Part shown: positions 22,759 to 29,273 of the stretch, piece by piece
How the letters are laid out: every line of letters starts with the position of its first letter
How positions within the stretch are numbered: position 1 is the stretch's first letter
DNA from: a virus
DNA length: 64,000 bases
Reading direction: 5' to 3' (one strand)
Virus record (IMG/VR): IMGVR_UViG_3300018422_000001
Span: 1-64,000 of that record
Translations under genes and position numbers: made by a program
Notes under the pieces: generated by a model
Seen by the model: the letters and a program-made list of their open reading frames with translations, nothing else
Database searches by the model: none
Told to the model about the DNA's origin: nothing

Positions 22759-22797
22759 TGAAATACCGCTAGCGCTTTTCAAGGCTTGAGCTAGAGT
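22759..22797 (+). promoter_or_regulatory. Box A promoter/operator copy 20
   Basis: TGAAATACCGCTAGCGCTTTTCAAGGCTTGAGCTAGAGT. Confidence 0.55.
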
Positions 22798-22835
22798 CTT
22801 GTTGTGGGCACGAGAGCCCCGAGACGGAGTCGAAG

Positions 22836-23093
22836 ATGTCGGAACAGAGCAACTATTACGAGAACTACTGCCGCGGCGGTGCTTTTGCGCGTGAAGATGC
22901 CGACGAATGCGGTTGTCGCGGATCAGGTTGGTTTCTGTCGGAGGTCGACACATGGCACGAGTGCCCGGCGCACTACGTAGCCGGTCAACGTCATCCCGAA
23001 GATGGTGATGTCTTCGAGGGCCCGGCAGAAGCGGTCGCGCGGGTCGCGCCGGTTGCTGTCGCGGTGGTCGAAGACGACGACATCCAGTTTTGA
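22836..23093 (+). CDS. small Cys-rich protein (85 aa)
   Basis: GGAG 6 nt before ATG 22836. CRGGAFAREDADECGCRGSGWFLSEVDTWHECPAHY. Confidence 0.55.
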   Translation: MSEQSNYYENYCRGGAFAREDADECGCRGSGWFLSEVDTWHECPAHYVAGQRHPEDGDVFEGPAEAVARVAPVAVAVVEDDDIQF

Positions 23094-23154
23094 GATTTTG
23101 CCGACGGGCCGGGGGAACACCCCCGGCTCTCTGGCGAACACTCAGGATCAAGAG

Positions 23155-23499
23155 ATGCAAAAGAATCGCAGAGCTTTCTTCGTACGGTCGACGACTCGCA
23201 TCGATCGGCCCGAGCTGAGAGGCCCGACGTTCTACCCTGTCGTGCCTGGCACGCGTTGCCAGAACCTAGACCGCTTCTCGACCGCGAAGGCGGCTCGTGA
23301 GCGTATGGCGGCTCTGCTCGCAGGCATCGACGACTCGGCGGGCGAGTACATCTCGAGCGTCGACGCGTACTCGGTCGAGGTCAGAGTGTCTCTGAATGAG
23401 TACGGACGCGAAGTTGTGACCGAGATTGGTAGGCGGCATTACCTTTGCTCGATGCAGATCCGAGAACGAGCCGACAGCGCCGAGCACGTGACTGCCTGA
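23155..23499 (+). CDS. hypothetical protein (114 aa)
   Basis: In-frame ATG 23155 of ORF 23002..23499. Confidence 0.45.
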   Translation: MQKNRRAFFVRSTTRIDRPELRGPTFYPVVPGTRCQNLDRFSTAKAARERMAALLAGIDDSAGEYISSVDAYSVEVRVSLNEYGREVVTEIGRRHYLCSMQIRERADSAEHVTA

Positions 23500-23774
23500 G
23501 CACCGACACCTCGGCGCGAGTGATCAACCGTTCGATTTACCGCAAGCACTGGATCCGATGACGTCGGTAGGTGTCCCGTATGCGGTGTGCATGACGTCGA
23601 TCAACTAGCGCTCGGATCGTAATCGCGCTCCGATCGTTTGTTGGCTTGACCCTGCGAGTCGATCGTCGCTAGACCGCAGAGGCAGTCGCGCCGGTGTTAG
23701 CGTGATTACGGGTCGCGGGTCATGACTCGCGGTTGCAGCGAATACATCCGAGAGCAAACGGAGGCCGGTTGATC

Positions 23775-24749
23775 ATGGCGCGAGCAAAGCTGCCTACGGG
23801 CATGTTTGGTTCCGAGGCAGAGCTGTGCGAGTTGCTCACGAAAGTAGCCCGAGCTGCAGGGTTTCTCGTGCATGCCGAGGTCGGCGGTTGGGATCTGGTC
23901 ATCGTGTCGCGCGAGACCGGCTTGCAGTGCGGCGTGCAGGCCAAGCTGAGACCGAACGTCGATGTCTTGGCTCAGGCGTTCGGTACCGACTCGCACGAGC
24001 CCGGGCCCGCGGTGCACGCGGTGCTCGTACCGGTGCCCTCAAGAGCCTTTCTGCAGGTCGCAGCGCGGCTCGATGTGATGGTGATCCAGGGCGTGACGCT
24101 CGACCGCTTCGACTTGGCTAGCGCTGTCTCGAGGGCGCCTCGGTGGCAGCATAAGGCGCCGCTCTGGGTGCCCGACGTCGAGATCATCACGCCGGCAGGG
24201 GTAGCGAGCCCACGCAAGGTCACTGAGTGGAAGGTCAACGCGGTCAAGTTGTGCTTGCTGATCCGAGAGCGCGGATACGTGACGACCGCTGACATGCGGC
24301 GACTCGGGCAAAATCGATCGTGGTGGTTCATGCGATCCGCGCCGATCCTCGTGCGCTCGGAACACGAGTCGAGACAAGCTCGCTACGTCTTCGCAGATCC
24401 GTCGAGCCCGCTCGTGCCGGATCTTCGATGGCCCGAGATCGTGACGGCTCTGCAGATCGGTGAGCGCAACCTTCGCGACCGAGAGGCGCGCGAGCTGGAG
24501 ATCATCGAGTCGATCGCCGCTCACGCGTTGCCGCCGCAGTCGTCGATTCCCTCGCCTGTTTGTGTTCCGAGAGGTCGACCGCGAGTACGCACGAAGGCCG
24601 AGCAGAGTGTTCCCAGGCAGTCGATGCTGCCGCCTCCGATCGGCGGCGACTTCGAGCCCATCTCGGAACGGATCCTCAAGCCGCCTGCGAATGCTCGGCA
24701 TGCCCTTGCTTGTGTAGAGCCTCTCGCCAAGCGACGCGCCCGCGCCTGA
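23775..24749 (+). CDS. hypothetical protein with possible N-terminal PD-(D/E)xK nuclease-like motif
   Basis: GGAGG upstream of ATG 23775. SEAEL...GGWDLVIV...GVQAKL resembles an E...D...(E/Q)xK nuclease core. Confidence 0.4.
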   Translation: MARAKLPTGMFGSEAELCELLTKVARAAGFLVHAEVGGWDLVIVSRETGLQCGVQAKLRPNVDVLAQAFGTDSHEPGPAVHAVLVPVPSRAFLQVAARLDVMVIQGVTLDRFDLASAVSRAPRWQHKAPLWVPDVEIITPAGVASPRKVTEWKVNAVKLCLLIRERGYVTTADMRRLGQNRSWWFMRSAPILVRSEHESRQARYVFADPSSPLVPDLRWPEIVTALQIGERNLRDREARELEIIESIAAHALPPQSSIPSPVCVPRGRPRVRTKAEQSVPRQSMLPPPIGGDFEPISERILKPPANARHALACVEPLAKRRARA

Positions 24750-24835
24750 GATTTGCGCACGAGCATGTCTGCGTTGCGGCTCTGATCGGAATACCGTGCA
24801 GGGGACCCTCCTAGGTCTCTTCGGTGCGCGTGATC

Positions 24836-24866
24836 TGCGAGGCCCTTTTCAGACAAGGGCCTCGCA
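24836..24866 (+). terminator. 12-bp perfect-stem hairpin TGCGAGGCCCTT-TTCAGAC-AAGGGCCTCGCA
   Basis: Read directly. Lies between gene 23775..24749 and the likely XRE start at 24890. Confidence 0.55.
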
Positions 24867-24889
24867 GGTCGTTTCGATCGGGAGGTCGT

Positions 24890-25294
24890 GTGAAACGGGT
24901 CAACATCAACGATCGGCGTTGGGGGCGACTGCCTCGCTTCTGCAGCGGTCAGATCCTGCGAGACGCGCGCGAGAGTGCGTCGCTCACGTTACGAGTCGTG
25001 AGCGACGTCACGGGGATCGCGAGTTGCTCGATCAGCGACATGGAGCGCGGGATCGCAGCAACCCCGCTGCATCACGTGCACGTGCTCTGCGAAGCCCTGC
25101 AGCTCGACCGAGCGAAGCTCATCGAAGCCATTTTGCAAGACAAACTTCTCGAGGTCGGGTTGATCGGCTACGCGGTGTGTGTGGCCCCGGGGCCACACAG
25201 CCAAACCGCCGCAACCGAGCTACCCGAGGCCGCCGACCGGGCCGGCTCAACCGAGGCCGCTAGCGGCCCGCATACGGGCTCGAGGCGGGGTTAG
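24890..25294 (+). CDS. XRE-family HTH regulator (repressor-like)
   Basis: GQILRDARESASLTLRVVSDVTGIASCSISDMERG. GGAGG before GTG 24890. The ORF track start 24824 would include the hairpin. Confidence 0.65.
   Translation: MKRVNINDRRWGRLPRFCSGQILRDARESASLTLRVVSDVTGIASCSISDMERGIAATPLHHVHVLCEALQLDRAKLIEAILQDKLLEVGLIGYAVCVAPGPHSQTAATELPEAADRAGSTEAASGPHTGSRRG
25179..25198. repeat. 18-bp palindrome family copy c (GTGTGGCCCCGGGGCCACAC)
   Basis: Inside the 3' tail of the XRE ORF, between convergent genes. Confidence 0.8.
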
Positions 25295-25438
25295 TGCTAG
25301 GACGCCACGTCAAGCGAGCCACTGTCGCCAAATCGCCTCGCAGCGGGCTCGGTGAGCCGATGTGGGACAGCTTACTTTCTGAAGTCGCTCGACAGCGAGC
25401 CCTTCATGCGGGACACTAATGGTGTGACGAGACTACGC

Positions 25439-25930
25439 TCACCCTTGCGCAGCAGTCGCGGGCGCAGCCGCTTGAGCGGCTCGCAACCAGGCGACCGCAG
25501 CGGCACTCGGGCGCTTGCGTCGACGAGTGCTCTCGCAGACGGCGCACAAAGTCTGGCGACCGGTCTTGCGAACGTATGCCTCGCCACACTTGCGACAATC
25601 AGGCGTTGCGATCGTCCGAGAACCGAGCCACGTGACATCGCCTCCGCTGTTTTCGGCGATCTTACTCAGAGCCATGTTTTCGATCTGCCGCACTCGCTCG
25701 CGTGTGATCGACATGACACGGCCAATCTCTTCGAGCGTCATCCCAAATGGGTGCTCGCTCACGGCCTGTTGAGCGGCGGGGTGCATTTCCCATTCGAGAT
25801 CCGACCACGGATCAGGTATGTGCGCCGGGGCTCGACCACGTCTCGGCGCGGGTCTTTGGGGACAGACCTCGAGCACGGTTTGAGATGTCGCAGCGATTGG
25901 CGTTTTTCGAATGCGAATCTTGTACGGCAC
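25439..25930 (-). CDS. sigma-70 region-4-like HTH protein with C-terminal Zn ribbon
   Basis: HPFGMTLEEIGRVMSITRERVRQIENMALSKIAE (region 4.2-like), then CRKCGEAYVRKTGRQTLCAVC. No region 2 seen. Confidence 0.6.
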   Translation of the reverse strand: MPYKIRIRKTPIAATSQTVLEVCPQRPAPRRGRAPAHIPDPWSDLEWEMHPAAQQAVSEHPFGMTLEEIGRVMSITRERVRQIENMALSKIAENSGGDVTWLGSRTIATPDCRKCGEAYVRKTGRQTLCAVCESTRRRKRPSAAAVAWLRAAQAAAPATAAQG

Positions 25931-26052
25931 GCCAGAGTTTTAGTGGCTCTAGCAATGTGGGAGCTAGGCCCCTCTAGCTATTGCGTTGGCGATTTTAGTT
26001 GCACATAAACGAGACCCAAGAGGCCCGCATACCGGGCGCGAGACGAAAAACC

Positions 26053-26448
26053 ATGCGAAAAGTATTGTTGTTGTCGGCTATTCGGTTGGTACGTGGCGAT
26101 CAGGCTGCTCTCGACGAGATTCTGCGCGCCTTGCGCAAGACCTCGGGAAACATGCGGCAAGCCTGCGAGCAACTCGGGCTTGGCAAGTCGTCGATGTATC
26201 GACTCATCGACGAGCTTGGCGCGCGAGAAGCGGTCGACGCTCTGATCGAGTCGAAGGGCTACAAGGTCAAGGGTCGCGACAAGGATCGGGCGGTCGAGCC
26301 GGCTCGTCGTAAGCGGATCGAAGATGAAGTCGGGGCTGCAAGTCGACGCAAGCGCAAGGCTTCAGTGACGACTCTCAAGACGAAGCCCGAGCACGAGCCC
26401 GTAGCTGCACAAGGCCCGCGCGCTCGCGTCAAAAAGGCTTCTGCATGA
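26053..26448 (+). CDS. Fis/NtrC-type HTH DNA-binding protein with basic tail
   Basis: SGNMRQACEQLGLGKSSMYRLIDELG. Confidence 0.55.
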   Translation: MRKVLLLSAIRLVRGDQAALDEILRALRKTSGNMRQACEQLGLGKSSMYRLIDELGAREAVDALIESKGYKVKGRDKDRAVEPARRKRIEDEVGAASRRKRKASVTTLKTKPEHEPVAAQGPRARVKKASA

Positions 26449-26690
26449 GTGCGTCAGACAAGGCACGAACATTCGCGCTCAAGAGACGGACGTTTGTGCT
26501 GCAGTCAGAGCCGCAAGTCTCACCGAGTACGAAGTTGATCAGTAGCGTGACGGTGCTTTTGTTGGGAGCGCACGATCACATCAGCGTTTGGAACAGAGGC
26601 GTTCACTCGGGCGATCTCGTGATGGCAGATGGCGACGGCGCTCAATTCGCGACAGTGCTCGGGTTGACGGAAGTCGAGGCCGACGAATGA
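26445..26690 (+). CDS. small hypothetical protein (81 aa)
   Basis: ORF track. ATGA-coupled. Confidence 0.45.
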   Translation: MSASDKARTFALKRRTFVLQSEPQVSPSTKLISSVTVLLLGAHDHISVWNRGVHSGDLVMADGDGAQFATVLGLTEVEADE

Positions 26691-26911
26691 GTGCTCTCAC
26701 CCAATGCAACTTTTGCGATCTGCGCGACATTCGGCGTTGGGCCGAGAAGAAAGGGCAAGTCGTGCACCTCGTCGACAACAAGCCCGACGGCCCGGGTAAT
26801 GACGATGGTGTAACGGCGCTCGTGTGTCGGCCCGACGAAACGCCTACTCACGCTGATCACTTCGTCGCGTGGTTCATGGAGCTTCCAGACAAGTGCGCGT
26901 GCAACTCGTGA
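26687..26911 (+). CDS. small hypothetical protein (74 aa)
   Basis: ATGA-coupled internal start of ORF 26588..26911. Confidence 0.45.
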   Translation: MSALTQCNFCDLRDIRRWAEKKGQVVHLVDNKPDGPGNDDGVTALVCRPDETPTHADHFVAWFMELPDKCACNS

Positions 26912-26929
26912 CGTGATACGCCTTCGCGA

Positions 26930-27244
26930 GTGCTCTGCACTCGGTGCCACAAGCAAGCCGCTGTCGAGGGGACACGGCGCTGCGAGTCGTGCCGAACGTA
27001 CATGAACGAGCGGCAACGCGAGCAACGCATCCGACGCGAGCGCGAGTCTCGATGCCTCTGCGGGCGATCGTGCGGCGACTATCGGATACGGTGCGACGCA
27101 TGTCTCGACGAAGAGCAGAGCGCTCGCGACGAGCTGCAGGCCCGACGCGAGCGCGAGCACTCGTGCATCTTGTGCGGCAAGCGTAGCCCTGCAGCGGGCC
27201 TCAAGACGTGCCGAGCCTGCATCGACCGGCTACTACGGCGTTGA
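26930..27244 (+). CDS. multi-CxxC zinc-finger protein (104 aa)
   Basis: CTRCH, CESCR, CDAC, CILCG and CRAC pairs. Confidence 0.5.
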   Translation: MLCTRCHKQAAVEGTRRCESCRTYMNERQREQRIRRERESRCLCGRSCGDYRIRCDACLDEEQSARDELQARREREHSCILCGKRSPAAGLKTCRACIDRLLRR

Positions 27245-28444
27245 GACGGCTGCGGGCCGCACACGAGGTCGAGGGCCGCTCGTACGCTTCGCTTTGCCGC
27301 CCGTCAGACGCTCCCATCGCTCAACGATGACGTCGCAGTATTCGGGCGACAGCTCGATCGCGGTGCAGGAGCGTCCAAGCTGTTCCGCTGCGATGAGAGT
27401 CGAGCCCGAGCCTGCGAACGGATCGAAAACTGTTCCCTCGCTGAATCCCAAGCACCAAGCCATCAGAGCAACGGGCTTCTGCGTGGGGTGCTGCCGCTTC
27501 TCGGATTCACCCGCGCGAATCATGCCGTTCCAGAGCTGCCGATGAATGCGCGCGGGCCCGGGCCGATTCGACCACGCAAGCTCTGCATCTGCGAAGTTGT
27601 TTTTGATCTCGGTGTCGGCTCGCTTGTCCCAAATCAACCAGCCGCCCGCGGGCGGCAGCTGATCCGCGAAGTAGTTGCCGCCCCAAATCGTGACGACGTC
27701 ACCGAGCGCGATGAGCCAGCGAACCTCTGGCGTTTTGCCATCGCCCGCGATCGGCGTGTACTTGCCCTTCTTCGCTTTGTGCCATGGCCCGTCGATGCAA
27801 CCGACGACTCCCTTTTGCACGACAGAGATACCGTAGGGCGGATCGGCCAACACGGCGCCGAATCGATCGGGTTGCTTCACTGTCAGGGCGTCGGCGCAGA
27901 TCAGCCGATGCTTGCCGAGCGTCCAAATGTCACCGAGCTTGCTGACTGGCTTGCCCTTCGGCAGCTCGGGAACCTCGTCTTCGGTGATCTCGCTGCGACT
28001 GGCGCGATCGGCATCCGCGATCAGCTTCTCGACCTCGGCAGCCGACCAACCGGTGCCGGGTAGATCGTCCGTATGCTTCGACATCAGCGCCGCGAGTTCG
28101 GCATCGTTCCAGCCGCCCTTGATCACGAGCTGATTCGAGGTGACTAGGTACGCCTCGGCTTCGTGCTCGTTGCGGAAGTTCACGCCTCGCACGACGGGAA
28201 CACACCACGTGCCGTCGGCAGAGACCTCGATGCGATCGGGCGGCGCCTGCCCCGCGGCTTTCTTCGCAAGCAACTTCTCGAGGCGACCATGCCCCGCAAC
28301 GATGCGCTGCGTGCCTTCGTCGAAGCAGATCGGCTCGACGTAGCCGAACCGGTCGAGCGACTCACCGAGCCCGTCGAGGTCGTGCTCTTTCGGGTTGCCG
28401 GGCCATGTCGCCAGCTCTTCGAGGGGCACCCATTCGAGGCGCAT
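27233..28444 (-). CDS. ParB-like nuclease domain fused to N6-adenine/N4-cytosine DNA methyltransferase
   Basis: N-terminal IVAGHGRLEKL (ParB-N-like). LADPPYGISVV (motif IV) precedes FDPFAGSGSTLIAAEQLGR (motif I), the beta-class order. Start ATG 28444 (MRLEWVPLEEL). Confidence 0.8.
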   Translation of the reverse strand: MRLEWVPLEELATWPGNPKEHDLDGLGESLDRFGYVEPICFDEGTQRIVAGHGRLEKLLAKKAAGQAPPDRIEVSADGTWCVPVVRGVNFRNEHEAEAYLVTSNQLVIKGGWNDAELAALMSKHTDDLPGTGWSAAEVEKLIADADRASRSEITEDEVPELPKGKPVSKLGDIWTLGKHRLICADALTVKQPDRFGAVLADPPYGISVVQKGVVGCIDGPWHKAKKGKYTPIAGDGKTPEVRWLIALGDVVTIWGGNYFADQLPPAGGWLIWDKRADTEIKNNFADAELAWSNRPGPARIHRQLWNGMIRAGESEKRQHPTQKPVALMAWCLGFSEGTVFDPFAGSGSTLIAAEQLGRSCTAIELSPEYCDVIVERWERLTGGKAKRTSGPRPRVRPAAVSTP

Positions 28445-28450
28445 TTTGCT

Positions 28451-28470
28451 TTGTGGCCCCGGGGCCACAC
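28451..28470. repeat. 18-bp palindrome family copy d (TTGTGGCCCCGGGGCCACAC)
   Basis: 7 nt upstream of the methyltransferase start. Confidence 0.8.
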
Positions 28471-28488
28471 GGGTGTTCCGACGTTGAG

Positions 28489-28899
28489 TCAAAGGCCAAC
28501 AACCCTTCCGCTGTTCCAATCGGCATGAAAGCCGGGCGTGCAGCCGAGCCGGGGATCTTGCTCTGCCCAATCGCGCCCGAGTGTCCGATACATCACCGGG
28601 ATGTCGTGATCACACGCAAGGCCGACTGCGATGAGCATGCCGTCGCTGATGCCGAGGTCGGTGTAGACGATCACGGATTCAGCGAGTAGCAGCCACGCGC
28701 AATGCCCCGCGATGCCTTGCGCGCGATCGACGTCGCGCGTGTCGTCGAGGACTCTCGGATAGAGCAGATGGCCCAAGAATGGCGCCTCGCCTCGACGAAG
28801 CGAGTCGAGCATGCAGGCGTCTGCGTATTGGAGGTTGAGCTTGAGATCGCCTCTGAAGGGCGACTCGATGCAGACGGGCTTCGCGGTCGGTAGGATCAT
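28489..28899 (-). CDS. hypothetical protein, possibly nucleoside 2-deoxyribosyltransferase-like fold
   Basis: ORF track. VCIESPFRGD...GEAPFLGHLLYP...VIVYTDLGISDGM pattern. Weak recollection only. Confidence 0.3.
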   Translation of the reverse strand: MILPTAKPVCIESPFRGDLKLNLQYADACMLDSLRRGEAPFLGHLLYPRVLDDTRDVDRAQGIAGHCAWLLLAESVIVYTDLGISDGMLIAVGLACDHDIPVMYRTLGRDWAEQDPRLGCTPGFHADWNSGRVVGL

Positions 28900-28979
28900 T
28901 TCGATTGGCTCGGCTATCCGACGATCTGGTTGGTCTTGAGATACGCTGCGGGCAGTTACGAGAGCAAGTTGAGGGATCG

Positions 28980-29261
28980 ATGAGTCTGCACGTTCTACAA
29001 CTAGCAGTTCCCGCGAGTGGCGATACCGGTCCCGGCGCCGGGCGAGTCGTTCGTGATCTCAGCAACAAGACACTGCAGATCGTCGGCGGCGACGGATCGT
29101 GGGATGTTCAAATTTCGCTCAACGGGACCGACTACGCGACGGCGCTCAGTGGCGTAGACCCGGGCGAGGTCTATCTTCTCGAACACGCGTGCTCGCACGT
29201 TCGAATCAATGCTCTGGTCAACACGACCGCACCGGTCGTGTTGCTCGCAGGTCACCTCTAA
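28980..29261 (+). CDS. small hypothetical virion-module protein (93 aa)
   Basis: GAGGG before ATG 28980. Immediately upstream of the portal gene. Confidence 0.45.
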   Translation: MSLHVLQLAVPASGDTGPGAGRVVRDLSNKTLQIVGGDGSWDVQISLNGTDYATALSGVDPGEVYLLEHACSHVRINALVNTTAPVVLLAGHL

Positions 29262-29273
29262 AAGACTGGACCT

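Noticed and set aside
22804-22980. A leaderless GTG ORF (58 aa) starting exactly 6 nt after Box A copy 20.
   Set aside because: Its translation is Arg/Thr-rich nonsense-like (VGTRAPRRSRRCRNRATITR...). The overlapping ATG 22836 ORF has a GGAG site and a coherent Cys-rich sequence. The GTG is probably just part of the conserved +1 region.
23775-24749. A possible large terminase, because a terminase is missing upstream of the portal gene.
   Set aside because: At 325 aa it is too short. No Walker A (GxxxxGK[ST]) motif is visible. The N-terminus looks more like a PD-(D/E)xK nuclease core.
24824-24889. The N-terminal extension of the XRE regulator, using the ORF-track start 24824.
   Set aside because: The extension contains a perfect 12-bp-stem hairpin (24836..24866) that looks like the terminator of the upstream gene. 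GGAGG precedes the in-frame GTG 24890.
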